Part shown: piece by piece, positions 31,641 through 42,092 of the stretch
Numbering within the stretch: the first letter of the stretch is position 1
Layout of the letters: every line of letters begins with the position of its first letter
Assembly (NCBI GenBank): GCA_964610875.1
Contig: CAZSWP010000011.1
Location: forward strand, 37,967 to 87,661
Source: an uncultured archaeon
GTDB taxonomy: Archaea; Asgardarchaeota; Thorarchaeia; Thorarchaeales; Thorarchaeaceae
Length of the DNA: 49,695 nt
Direction: 5' to 3'
Program-made: the position numbers and the translations under genes
The notes under the pieces: generated by a model
Told to the model about the DNA's origin: nothing
The model's database searches: none
What the model saw: the letters and a program-made list of their open reading frames with translations, nothing else

Positions 31641-32933
31641 TCATTCTTCATATTCCACAGTTACAAGATGAGAACTGCAGCTTATACAGGGGTCATATGC
31701 TCTTGCAATCATCTCGAATTGTAGTTCCATATTGCCAGTATCATTAGATGCCAGTAGATTTTCTGCACTCTGACGTATGAATGCTTCGATGTCATCCAAG
31801 AACATCGCGGTAGGAGTGATATAGTTAGCTTGAACAGTCTTACCATGTTCGATCTCGTAATAGTGGATAAGAGTTCCTCTAGGTGCTTCAACTGCACCCG
31901 TTCCACTTCCTGTATGTTTTTGCGCAGAAATGTTCTTGGGAGATTTCGTTGATAGCAGATTCTCTGTGACTTCGATGATTCCTTCCAGTGAGAAAACTTG
32001 TTCAATTGCTTGAGCAAAGTTGTTGTACAAGGGGTTCCTATCCCACCTTGGATTGTAGAGTGTTTCATATGCCTCCTTTGCTTTTCCTTTGAAACGCTCT
32101 CCTAGAAGGAGCACACGGGAAAGAGCACCTACGGTGAATGGTTTTCCTTTGTAAAGACTCCTTTTTGCGAAACTATGAGGTACAACCCGCTCTTCAATAA
32201 CCTCTGTGTAATTCTCGCAATCATGTTCTTTTCCGTCAGAAGTAAGAAGGATATCGCCATAGAAATCATATCCTTTATGAAGAGGTTTACAACAGAGGAA
32301 TTGGGTTTCACGTTCAGGGTGATTGGGAATTTCAATACCACTTAGTAGGTCTATTGTTTCCATAGCGAAGGGTAAAAGATCCTTCGCTTCGTTGTGTAAG
32401 GATTGGATGGTTTCTGAAGAAGGAAGTTTCCCAAATCCTCCAAGGATTGGATTCTCACCATGAATCATCCTTCCGCCCATAGTTTTCATTACTCTGTTCG
32501 CGAATTTCTTCAATTCAAGCGCTTTTGCAACAGTGGGTCCATGTTCGGAACCCATCGCCACAGCATTATCGTATCCTAGAAAATCGGGAAGAGCAAGAAA
32601 GTATAGATGAAGACTATGACTTTCTAAAATTTCTCCATGATGCATAAGGTGACGATATGCTACTGTTGTTTCTGGGACTTTTATATCAAGAGCTTTCTCA
32701 AGTGCTCGGATGCTAGCGAACTTATGAGATAGATTGCAGATAGCACATATCCTAGGAACTATGCTGATATCTTCTTCTGGGGTTTTCCCTATAACCAAGG
32801 TTTCGAAAAGACGAGGCCCCTCCAGGATCTGAAACTGTACGTCAGCAACCTTGTTATCCTTAATCCTGACATGAATTGCACCATTTCCTTCTACTCTTGC
32901 AAGAGGCTTGATTTCGAAAATCTTCTCACTCAC
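31641..32933 (-). CDS. hydA: Group 3b [NiFe] hydrogenase (sulfhydrogenase) large/alpha subunit
   Basis: ARVEG, L1 PRICAIC, VEAPRGTL and L2 RAYDPCISCSSH followed by a cleavable tail. Confidence 0.95.
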   Translation of the reverse strand: MSEKIFEIKPLARVEGNGAIHVRIKDNKVADVQFQILEGPRLFETLVIGKTPEEDISIVPRICAICNLSHKFASIRALEKALDIKVPETTVAYRHLMHHGEILESHSLHLYFLALPDFLGYDNAVAMGSEHGPTVAKALELKKFANRVMKTMGGRMIHGENPILGGFGKLPSSETIQSLHNEAKDLLPFAMETIDLLSGIEIPNHPERETQFLCCKPLHKGYDFYGDILLTSDGKEHDCENYTEVIEERVVPHSFAKRSLYKGKPFTVGALSRVLLLGERFKGKAKEAYETLYNPRWDRNPLYNNFAQAIEQVFSLEGIIEVTENLLSTKSPKNISAQKHTGSGTGAVEAPRGTLIHYYEIEHGKTVQANYITPTAMFLDDIEAFIRQSAENLLASNDTGNMELQFEMIARAYDPCISCSSHLVTVEYEE

Positions 32934-33739
32934 TTTTCTTCCTCCTCTGACGCCAAATCCTCAATATATTGTAAAATCTCATATCCTCCATAGTTGCGTA
33001 TTCGTCTAGTAATCTCATCTTGAGAGAGACCAAATTCCTTCAGTAGCTTGAAGTGATAGGGGAAGTTGCCATCATCATTCGGGCCCCAACATCCAACACA
33101 GGGTAATCCATGATTGATACATACCGACCCGCAACCACCACTAGTCAAGGGTCCTAAACAGAATTGGTGGTCATTCAACAAGCATTTGTTTTCGTTAAGT
33201 TTACACTCATGACATACGGGATGAGTGTATTCTTCAGGGTCCAGACCATGAATAAGCCTGGAAAGAAGTGATAGGGTCTGGTTCTGACTAATTGGACAAC
33301 CGGGCAAATAGTAATCTACAGTGACATGATGATCGACAGGAGTTGAATCAATAGGTGCTGTAATGAACTTGGCTTTTCCATACACTGCTTCCAGACGTTC
33401 TTGGAAGCTTCCGTCATTTGCATACATAGCCTGAGGACCACCGAGTACAGCACAATTGCCAATTGCTACAAGTATCTTTGACCTGTCCCTGATTTCTTTG
33501 ACATGTTCTCGTTCTTCTTCAGTACTGATGCTTCCTTCTATCAGAGCTATATCGAGATCTTCTTCTATCGGGTTGCTTGATGCCATTACAAACGATTGAA
33601 CATCTACAGCTTCGAAGAGATTCAGAATTTCATCTTCAGTATGGATAATTAGGAGCTGATCCCCTGCACATCCGGTGAATCCATAAATGCCAAGTTTTGG
33701 TTTCTTGGGACTGTGGGGATTTTTGCCTTTTGCTACCAT
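32930..33739 (-). CDS. hydD: Group 3b hydrogenase small/delta subunit
   Basis: GCAGDQL, IEGSI, AIGNCA, LPGCP, VCHECK, CLGPLT.GGCG..C and PCVGCWGP. Confidence 0.93.
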   Translation of the reverse strand: MVAKGKNPHSPKKPKLGIYGFTGCAGDQLLIIHTEDEILNLFEAVDVQSFVMASSNPIEEDLDIALIEGSISTEEEREHVKEIRDRSKILVAIGNCAVLGGPQAMYANDGSFQERLEAVYGKAKFITAPIDSTPVDHHVTVDYYLPGCPISQNQTLSLLSRLIHGLDPEEYTHPVCHECKLNENKCLLNDHQFCLGPLTSGGCGSVCINHGLPCVGCWGPNDDGNFPYHFKLLKEFGLSQDEITRRIRNYGGYEILQYIEDLASEEEEK

Positions 33740-33740
33740 T

Positions 33741-34592
33741 TCATATCAACTCCCGAAAATGAAGAGTGTCCCAATAAGTGAAGACAGGTCCATCTATACA
33801 AGTATACAAATGATCCAATACACAATGCCCGCATTTCCCAATTCCACAACGCATCCTCCGCTCCAAGGTCATCTGAATCATATTCTTAGGAATCTTTAGC
33901 TTTAGCAACTCATCAATTACGAACTTGTACATAACCGGGGGGCCACAAATTACAGCAGTAGTAGTTTCTGGATTGATTTCTGGCAGGTCATTGAATAGTG
34001 TAGTGACAACCCCTATGTTCTCAGTCCATTCACCTTTTGGATCTTCATCTACTGTATAGAATGAATCTATGTCATCTCGATTCTTGATCTGGAAAAACTC
34101 ATTTTTGAACATGAATTCATCAGGATTCTTTGCACCATATAGGAAGAATAACTCGTCAAAGTGATCACGGTTATCTAAGACATAGTAAAGGATAGAGCGT
34201 AACGGAATGACTCCAAGGCCTCCAGCAACTATGATGATATCCCTTTCGTGCATTGGTTCAAGTTTGAAACCATTGCCATATGGTCCCCGAACAAAAACAG
34301 TATCGTTATCTCGGAGTTTGAAGAGGGCATTTGTCAATTTGCCTGCCTTTCTGATACCCATTTCCAGGATTCCCGGGCGAGATGGTGTTGAGGAAAGTGA
34401 GAATGGTGCTTCTCCCACACCCGGAAGAGAGAGCATAATGAATTGCCCTGGATTGTATTGAAAGGACATTGCCTTCGATACATCCACGTGGCGCACTTGG
34501 AAAAATCTGTGATCTTTAATCAAGTTATAATGTCGCACTATTCTCGCGGGTTCGGGTTGAAATGGATTGGGTGTATTCTCAGAGATGTTCAT
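33741..34592 (-). CDS. hydG: Sulfhydrogenase gamma subunit (FAD/NAD(P)-binding, 2Fe-2S)
   Basis: PGQFIML, GEAPFS, RGPYGNGF, AGGLGVIPLRS, CGPPVM and ERRMRCGIGKCGHC...CIDGPVF. Confidence 0.93.
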   Translation of the reverse strand: MNISENTPNPFQPEPARIVRHYNLIKDHRFFQVRHVDVSKAMSFQYNPGQFIMLSLPGVGEAPFSLSSTPSRPGILEMGIRKAGKLTNALFKLRDNDTVFVRGPYGNGFKLEPMHERDIIIVAGGLGVIPLRSILYYVLDNRDHFDELFFLYGAKNPDEFMFKNEFFQIKNRDDIDSFYTVDEDPKGEWTENIGVVTTLFNDLPEINPETTTAVICGPPVMYKFVIDELLKLKIPKNMIQMTLERRMRCGIGKCGHCVLDHLYTCIDGPVFTYWDTLHFRELI

Positions 34593-35632
34593 TCTTCAGG
34601 CACCTCACATTTCGTCAGAGCATCAGAAACTGTTAGAACATTGATGTCGACTGGACATGTTTCCACACATCTCCCACATCCTACACATGAAGGCCGTCCA
34701 AATTCATGAGGGAATGCCTTCAGCTTATGAGTGTACCATAACTTCAAACGGCTTGCTCGATCCTTACGGAAATTATGATCTCCAGCGACATCACTGTAAT
34801 CAACAAACATGCAGCTATCCCAGAAACGTTCTCGTCGACCACTTTTATCTGAACCTATATCAAGGACATCTCGTACATCATAACAATTGCAGGTAGGACA
34901 TACCATTGTGCATTGGCCACATGATAAGCATTTGTTTGCAAAGTAGTCCCAAACTTCACTATCATAACTCAAGTCCATGATATCCGGCATACTATCAAAG
35001 TTGAAGGATTTTTTGAACATGCTATCTCTCATTTCGCGCCAGGCGATGTACTGTTGAATCTCATCGTGTGTTACATGGTCGGCAAAGAATTCTTCTCTGT
35101 TCAAAATCATATCATGACCAAGGTTTGAACCAACCCATACTAGATAAAAATCATCGAGGTTGACAAAGAAGAGGTCAAAACCGGACTCAACAATATCTGT
35201 TCTCGTCGACTTACACAATGCGTTCTCAGTCGGAAGGCATGAGAAGCCAATGATTGCAGTGTTCTTTCTGAAACCTGCATAGTAAGGATCTTGGGGTTCG
35301 ACCATAAAGACCTCGTCAAGTCTGAGAATACCGTGAATCTCACAGGGATGGACTCCTAACACTACTCGCTTTTCGATGACCGAATAATCTGGCTTGAATC
35401 CATCAACACCGAATTGAAACATATCAAATCTCATTGGGTGAAACAATTTCTTGAGAGGGAGGAGAGTTGTATTTCCAGAAATCTCCAAATCCTCAATTTT
35501 CTCTATTCTATCAAACACAAGCACGTCATTCTTACGAGTAGGACCGTAAAGATGCCCAAATGCCTCAAGGCTTTCCAAGAAATCGACGAGATGGGTCGAA
35601 TCCATTTTTAATATCTGCAATACTAACACCAA
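34589..35632 (-). CDS. hydB: Sulfhydrogenase beta subunit (4Fe-4S dicluster)
   Basis: GVHPCEI, CLSCGQCTMVCPTCNC, WDSC and CVGCGRCVETCPVDI. Exact start codon uncertain. Confidence 0.92.
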   Translation of the reverse strand: MVLVLQILKMDSTHLVDFLESLEAFGHLYGPTRKNDVLVFDRIEKIEDLEISGNTTLLPLKKLFHPMRFDMFQFGVDGFKPDYSVIEKRVVLGVHPCEIHGILRLDEVFMVEPQDPYYAGFRKNTAIIGFSCLPTENALCKSTRTDIVESGFDLFFVNLDDFYLVWVGSNLGHDMILNREEFFADHVTHDEIQQYIAWREMRDSMFKKSFNFDSMPDIMDLSYDSEVWDYFANKCLSCGQCTMVCPTCNCYDVRDVLDIGSDKSGRRERFWDSCMFVDYSDVAGDHNFRKDRASRLKLWYTHKLKAFPHEFGRPSCVGCGRCVETCPVDINVLTVSDALTKCEVPEE

Positions 35633-35640
35633 GCGTTACC

Positions 35641-35663
35641 AAGAGTCATTAGAATGGACTCTT
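35641..35663. promoter_or_regulatory. Inverted repeat immediately upstream of hydB
   Basis: AAGAGTC-attagaatg-GACTCTT, 7-9-7. Confidence 0.4.
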
Positions 35664-35672
35664 TACTGCACA

Positions 35673-35882
35673 CTATAAGATTACACACTCAAAAAGATTG
35701 AGTATTAGTCCAAAATGCCATTTTTCGCAATGAAATTGATTTATGGCGGCTTCTGATTCATATTCCTTTGATGGGTAGTAGACAATGAGTTGAGCTTCAT
35801 TCGGAGGTCTGTCACTGTTCTTACCAAACAGCGTCTGACCATCAACTGTTGAGTTTCCTAAATCTACTATTGTATCACACAT
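35673..35882 (-). pseudogene. Truncated 5' fragment of a C69 peptidase gene
   Basis: The first 44 codons match 30267-31541 (MCDTIV.LGNST.DG.TLFGKNSDRPPNEAQLIVYYPSKEYESE); similarity ends at 35750. Confidence 0.9.
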
Positions 35883-35935
35883 TGGACATCAAGTATAGAA
35901 ATGTGTGAACTATACTGTTTATTGTTTGGGTAGAA
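35750..35935. repeat. Direct repeat copy B; partner at 31409-31594
   Basis: Aligns to copy A and carries the same AGTATAG/CTATACT palindrome at 35892-35916. Confidence 0.95.
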
Positions 35936-36027
35936 GCTAAATTGTAATTTCTGAGATATAGCACAAAAATAATATAGCCTTATTGTTTGATATATGGTGT
36001 CTTCTGCGCGAAGACGGTTGTGTTTGT

Positions 36028-39000
36028 ATGAGAGATTGGAGTGGCTTTTGTGTACCTATTGTAGTAATCTTGATGTTTCAGCTTTTTCTCGTGGCATCAA
36101 TACCAGTTTTAAGTGATGTTAGGAGTCCAACCGAACAGCGAATTTCCAATGACATCGTTGAAGAACAAAAAGAAACAACCTTAGCTGATTCCTTTCAACC
36201 TGATGGGTTGAAGACAAATGTCTTGCTAAACCCTGGTTTTGAGGAATAAGAAAGTGGGCATGCTAAATATTATTCTAAAGGAGTATCACCATATGAATAT
36301 GGTAATGCAAGCTATCCGATTGATACTATAAATGGATCCTATGCTGGATTCATTAAGGGACAGTGCAATGGAGATACTCCTAGCTATGCTTATCTGTACC
36401 AATACTGGTCTGGACAAAACAATAGGCTATTCAATGAAAGTCTGACTTTAGATTTCTTCTGGCACCTCTATGCTAATCCTGACCTATGGGATGAATGTAC
36501 TGTTTATATTTATGTAGAAACGCAAAATTCGACATCTGATTTAATCCAACTTAGATACAATCTTTCCTATGGTAATAGTTTCGAGTCAGAAGCCACTAAC
36601 GATACATTGGAATATAACTTCTTGCTGAATGATACACTTGACGAAACACATCATTTTCATCGTAATATCACTAAAGATATCAATTCGATTCCAGAATTTG
36701 GTCCTATTGATGATTCTAGGTATTTTCAAAGTGTTAGAATATATGTACATTCACGGAAACCAACATCTGCACCTTCTTCTGGTCCTATTACTCTTCTCGT
36801 GGATGATTTTATGTTGAAGAATAAGACCAATTATGACTATTTCACGAATGGTGATTTTGAACTTGGAGATGGAAGCAATTGGTCAACAAATAATAGGTCT
36901 CCTGGGTATTTCACACAGACTAGTGATTGTCTTCAAGGAACATATGCAGCAAACCTCACCTCAAAAATAGTAATCCCTTCTTATGCAGAGTCTACTGGAG
37001 GTTTCTATCAATATTTTGACCCAGTTGCGAAGAGAGGTCTTATTTCCAATAAATCGAGAGATATTGTTATCAATATGAGTTGGAAATATAACCACCGCAC
37101 TATGTTTAGTCTGAATGAATACGCATATTTATGGTTGACATTCAGGGATAAGTTTAGTAATCAATATACCTTATACTTCATACTAGGACACAACGAATAC
37201 TCAGCTGGAGCATTTCATAACTCCTCAAATCGATACTATTTCAACTCTACGAATAATGGCATACAAGACTTTTGGAGTAACCTTTCTCTCGATATGAATG
37301 AGTATCTTGCTATTGGGGGTTGGGAAAATGTTAGTTTAACATATTTTGGTGTTAGGGTTCAGGTGATTGGCGGCAGTGGCACCTTTGTCGAATTGCTTGT
37401 TGATGAACTTTCAATTGTGACCTATCCCACAGTGGACCCTGGTTTTGAATATACATGGTATGATGATGGTATATCTCCATTCATTGCTTGGGATCATATC
37501 AATGCTGCTCCTGGTGAGATTTCTGCGGTTCAACAAGCTCATGCAGGGAAGTATGCATGCAACATCACCGTCAATGATAGCGACGATTGCAAGGTTCGGA
37601 GGAAATATTCAAATCCCGTAATCGAACCAAATATGGAATTGGATTTCTGGTGGTGACTCGATGATATAATGGGCAAAGACGTTTGCTACGCTGAAGTGGA
37701 GTTATATCTTATCGGAGGCTATTATTTGTACTATACCTTGGGATCATCATTGAGTTATAGTCATACTAATACATCATCTATAGTAACCTATCAAGTCACA
37801 GGGTTCAATGTCACAGACCAATGGCATCATTTTTCCAGAAACATGACTGAGGACCTTTCGATATTTACGACTTCTGAAGATTGGCGACTTCTATCGATAA
37901 GTGTGATAGTAGAATGTGGCAGTGATGAACGAGTTTCGCTTCTTGTAGATGATATCCACTTCATGGATGCGAATCCTCCAATCATTCATGAAGTTGATTG
38001 GCCTGGTGGTTCAGTGCAACCAAATGAAGCAGTCAATGTTGAGATTAATACAACAGATGCAAGTCCTGGTATTGGAATTGTCAATCTCTATTACTCAACT
38101 GGTGAGGAATGGACCAGACTAGAAACAACATCTCAATCAGATGTATATTCCGCCACCATACCAGGTCTTTCTCATGGCTCTGAGGTTCAATTCTACGTGA
38201 ATGCTACAGACCTCTGTGGGAAATCGGCAATTGATGACAATAGTGGATTGAATTACAGCTATAGTGTGATAGATACAATTGATCCTACTCTCTCATTCAC
38301 ATCTCCAAGTAATAATTCGGAAGTGCCACATGATATTTGGATTGAAATCGACGTCAATGACAATGATGGTGTTAGGTGTGTTGAGTGGTATCAAAATGGA
38401 TCCAGAATCGCCAACTTCATCTTTGGACCATATGATAACTACTGGTATGCTAACCAACTGGAGCTAGGTACCTACAAAATCAGTGTGATAGTGAGGGACT
38501 TTGCGGACAACAGTGTTGAGAAATGTCTCATACTCACTGTGATTGATAATCACCCACCAAACATCAATCATCCGGATGATGTCACTTTCACTGTTGGAAC
38601 AACAGGACACTCAATTGTCTGGGAGCCCTGGGATGCGAGGCCTGAGTCATATGTCATCTATAGAAATGGTACTGAAATAGCATCTGGGAATTGGAATTCT
38701 ACAATTGAATCTTCAGTAATTGTGTGTGATCACATGACTGTCAATCTTGACGCTCTTGATGTTGGTGTGTACAACTACACCATTTCTGTTCAAGACACCG
38801 TTGGACACGTCAGTGTAGATACAGTCATTGTGACAGTAGAAGATGACTCCACAAGCACATCAACAACTACGACAACCACTACCACCGATACAACTACTGA
38901 TTCAGAAACTGATACATCTACAACGCCAACCACAACTGAATCTGAAGATGATGACACTCTGCTAATTCTGATTATAGCTGGAGTAGGAGCAATAGTTATT

Positions 39001-39042
39001 GTTCTGGTTGTGGTCATAGCTCTAAGAAAAAGGAAGAAATAG
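36028..39042 (+). pseudogene. Large cell-surface protein (3 CBM-like jelly-roll repeats, Ig-like domains, Thr-rich linker, C-terminal TM) broken by two in-frame stops
   Basis: ORFs 35983-36249, 36607-37656 and 37669-39042 share one frame, interrupted only by TAA 36247-36249 and TGA 37654-37656. Repeats start NPGFE/NGDFE/DPGFE and end LLVDD/LLVDE/LLVDD. Signal peptide starts at ATG 36028. Confidence 0.85.
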
Positions 39043-39045
39043 ATT

Positions 39046-39065
39046 TGGAGTCCTTCGGGGCTCCA
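39046..39065. terminator. Hairpin with cUUCGg tetraloop between convergent genes
   Basis: TGGAGTCC-TTCG-GGGCTCCA, 4 nt after the stop at 39042. Confidence 0.7.
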
Positions 39066-39119
39066 CTATTCCTAATTAAAAAATTTGTAATTTGATAGGC
39101 ATATGAAGAACCATATTTA

Positions 39120-39842
39120 CTAATCTAATTCAAGCCAGACATCAAGATATTTGCCTTCTATATCATCTGCTTGAATTACATCCTGTCCTGTCATCTCGAT
39201 AACACAGCTCTTTACTGCTCGTAGTATTTTCGTATTTTTCTTGATGAGCAATTTAGCATATGTGATGGCATCATCAACAACTTGCTCCTGTTTGAGAACC
39301 CTATCTGCAAGTCCAATTCTCAAGCATTCATCAGACTGCACTCTTCTTCCACTCATGAGGATGTCCTTAGCCCTTGCAGGGCCAACAAGATGAATCAGGT
39401 TCGAGGCTGCTCCAGCTCCTGGAAAGATGTCAAGATCAATCTCAGGTAGACAATAGAACGCATTCTCTGCAAAGAATCTGAAGTCACACGCTCCAGCAAC
39501 CATTGCACCAAATCCAAAGCAATATCCATTCACTGCAGCAATTGTAATGGAGTTTCTGTTCTCACGGATTTTTCTAATAATCACTTCAAGGTCTTTGAAG
39601 AATCGTTTGTAATCTTCGCCCTCTAGTCCCTTGATCATCTCTAGATCAAACCCTGCTGAGAAGGATTTATCACCTGCACCAGTTATTATGATAGCTAGAA
39701 TTTCTTCACTGTTGTACAAATCCTCCATGGTCTCAGAGAACCTGTCCAACATCTCTCGTGTCACTGAATTCAACTTATCCGGTCGGTCCAATGTGACAAT
39801 AGCCAATGAGTTTTTTATTTCGAGATTTATGCCTCCATCCAT
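39120..39842 (-). CDS. Enoyl-CoA hydratase/isomerase family protein
   Basis: LDRPDKLNS, FSAGFDL, AAVNGYCFGFG, CDFRF, PEIDLDIFPGAG and IGLADRV motifs. Confidence 0.92.
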   Translation of the reverse strand: MDGGINLEIKNSLAIVTLDRPDKLNSVTREMLDRFSETMEDLYNSEEILAIIITGAGDKSFSAGFDLEMIKGLEGEDYKRFFKDLEVIIRKIRENRNSITIAAVNGYCFGFGAMVAGACDFRFFAENAFYCLPEIDLDIFPGAGAASNLIHLVGPARAKDILMSGRRVQSDECLRIGLADRVLKQEQVVDDAITYAKLLIKKNTKILRAVKSCVIEMTGQDVIQADDIEGKYLDVWLELD

Positions 39843-39942
39843 ATTGCTGATCTCCTTTTACTGCGAAACGTAGTTTTTTCTTAAATCTAGTGGGTATGAT
39901 GTAATGCCAACTCTCTTGCATTGATGAACAATTACACATAAT

Positions 39943-41697
39943 CTAGACCAATTGAAATGTGCTAGCTAGAACTACTGCAAGCACAAGGGCGCAAATTATT
40001 GCTGTAGCAAGATCATTTCTTGTTACGCTGCCAACCCACACCATCAACCAAGTCACTGCACCAAATAGGACTGTGAATACCAACATCAAGAGACCTATGA
40101 ATAGGATGAATCCCAGTTGCACTCCAAGCAGGAATGGAACATATAGGATTCCAAGAAAGATGACTTGGCCAAGTAGTCTGTGGAGGAGAGCTCGAATTGA
40201 TGTATCCACAAACTGTCTGAGGCCTACATAATTCCTATCTATACCCACTACTGCATCAAGCCACATTTTCTCACCATAGAAAAGTGGTGTCAGTAGTACA
40301 GCGAGGATGACAGTGTAGGCTGCTCTTGATAGCACTGCGTTACCAACTACTTGTGGAGTGAAACCAATCTTATTGCTGAATAGAAACGTAGAAATTCCTG
40401 ACCAGATTAGTAGCCATAGCAATATTGGGATTATCAGTGATAACGTCTTGATAGTAGTATCAAAGATTGATTTCCATATGCTCCGAAGATTTGAGATATC
40501 ATACTCCTCTGTTTCTTCTCTTCCTACGAATCTTCTCATGATGACCACGGTAAATGCAAATGCCACAAATGAATACATGATGAACCCTGTGCCGAATGAG
40601 ATACCGATGATATTGATTCCTGCAAAATCAAAACCGAATCCTGCTAGTACGATGAACATGAAAACAATGCTCAAGGAGAAACTGAATAGAACACTGAATC
40701 TTCTTGCACGTTTCCTCTCCATTGGTGCAATCTTTTCATTCTTGTCAGGAAGGTATTTCGTAGGGATGAATGCATATGCAATCAGGATTACTGGGAACAG
40801 ACTGAGTACTAGAGCTGCTGCAGATACCGTATTTCCTATGTTCGCTATCTGATGAATTTGATCAGTGGAAGATAATGTGTACTGAAGTTGTTCTTCTCCT
40901 TGAAGTGATGATACCATCCAATCAATTGACTCGCTTATGATCAGTGAATCAGAAGTTTCAAACAAGTGATTGGTTGGACTCAAGACTAATCGTCTGGCTG
41001 TACCATCTTCAAAACTGCCATAGGTTGTTTTCTCCTCAACTTCTGAAATTCCGGTAGCATCTCTCAGTGTTTGGTATGCTACTTCCGGAGAGACCAACTC
41101 ATCCCAGATTCCTGATGCAATCAATAAATTCTCGGGAGCAGTGGTATTTATGGTTAGTTCAAGTCCTCCAAAATCATTTCCCATGCCACCTCCAATTATT
41201 ACAGTAGCATTTGGCAGAATAGGCATAGTTTGGAATATCAAAGAGATGCCTGCTCCTAGTGAATGTCCTAACACGCCATATGTTGTATCACTAACGTCTG
41301 CATACTCTGTCTGAACATATTTGACCGCTTCATAGGCATCATTGACGCCTTCAAAGAATGTATCGAATCCAAATGTTTCTCCGGAAATACCATGACCTGC
41401 AAGGTCCACAGCTACAACAGTGAAATTTCTCCTAGCCAGTTCAATATTGTATGGACTCATGGCTCCTCTTGAGCCAGAGATTCCATGAATGGTAAGCACT
41501 ACAGGATATGGTTCACCAAAATTGTCTGTTGTAGGTTTGTAGACCGAGAAACTGACCATTCGGCCATTCGTCCTAGTTATTGTGAATTGTTCTATCGTGA
41601 TTGTTCCAAATCCTCGTTCAGCAGCATAACCAAGGTAAAGTCCTGAAACTACAATTATACTAAGAATTACTAGAGAAACATATCTGGTCTTTGGCAA
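39943..41697 (-). CDS. Membrane-bound alpha/beta hydrolase (N-terminal anchor, extracellular hydrolase, multi-TM C-terminus)
   Basis: HGISG, DLAGHG, GHSLG nucleophile elbow, WDELV (Asp) and TNHLFE (His), followed by about 7-8 TM helices. Confidence 0.88.
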   Translation of the reverse strand: MPKTRYVSLVILSIIVVSGLYLGYAAERGFGTITIEQFTITRTNGRMVSFSVYKPTTDNFGEPYPVVLTIHGISGSRGAMSPYNIELARRNFTVVAVDLAGHGISGETFGFDTFFEGVNDAYEAVKYVQTEYADVSDTTYGVLGHSLGAGISLIFQTMPILPNATVIIGGGMGNDFGGLELTINTTAPENLLIASGIWDELVSPEVAYQTLRDATGISEVEEKTTYGSFEDGTARRLVLSPTNHLFETSDSLIISESIDWMVSSLQGEEQLQYTLSSTDQIHQIANIGNTVSAAALVLSLFPVILIAYAFIPTKYLPDKNEKIAPMERKRARRFSVLFSFSLSIVFMFIVLAGFGFDFAGINIIGISFGTGFIMYSFVAFAFTVVIMRRFVGREETEEYDISNLRSIWKSIFDTTIKTLSLIIPILLWLLIWSGISTFLFSNKIGFTPQVVGNAVLSRAAYTVILAVLLTPLFYGEKMWLDAVVGIDRNYVGLRQFVDTSIRALLHRLLGQVIFLGILYVPFLLGVQLGFILFIGLLMLVFTVLFGAVTWLMVWVGSVTRNDLATAIICALVLAVVLASTFQLV

Positions 41698-41751
41698 CTC
41701 ATATCCTCCACTAAGAATAATCAGATATCTTCTATTTCATTCTTAGAATAT

Positions 41752-42084
41752 TTGTCTTCGCTTTATCCTGTTTTCGGATGTCCTGGTGCTTTGGATGTCC
41801 GCTTACCTAGGGACTCAGCAAGAAATGAGGAACGGTATCTAAAGATGATTTACAGATATTTCGACTCAGGCGGGAGTCTTCCTGAATGGACCGGGGGACA
41901 AATCTGGCAATTTCATAGAATATTGGAAGAGTATAGCAAGGCTTTGAAAGAAGCTAGTTTCGTTATTTCCGAGATTATTGAGCCAAGACCTGCTAAAGAG
42001 CTCATTCAAAAGTATCCTCATGTATTAGCCTTTGATGCAGATAGATGGACACATTTCATAATCTTCGAGTGCTTGAAAAGATGA
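41752..42084 (+). pseudogene. C-terminal remnant of a class I SAM methyltransferase
   Basis: FHRILEEYSKALKEASFVISEIIEPRP...HFIIFECLK resembles methyltransferase C-termini. No SAM-binding GxGxG, and no room for one before the divergent gene at 41697. Confidence 0.6.
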
Positions 42085-42092
42085 TTGCAGAT

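Noticed and set aside
31641-31700. [NiFeSe] hydrogenase
   Set aside because: The L2 motif is DPCISC with ordinary Cys codons.
31409-35935. Transposon with target-site duplication, or prophage att sites
   Set aside because: The repeat is too long and diverged for a TSD, and there is no transposase, integrase or terminal inverted repeat.
37654-37656. Selenocysteine or recoded TGA
   Set aside because: The context LDFWW*LD matches LDFFWHLY in an earlier repeat and is not a Cys position. The same gene also has a TAA stop, and TGA ends many normal genes here.
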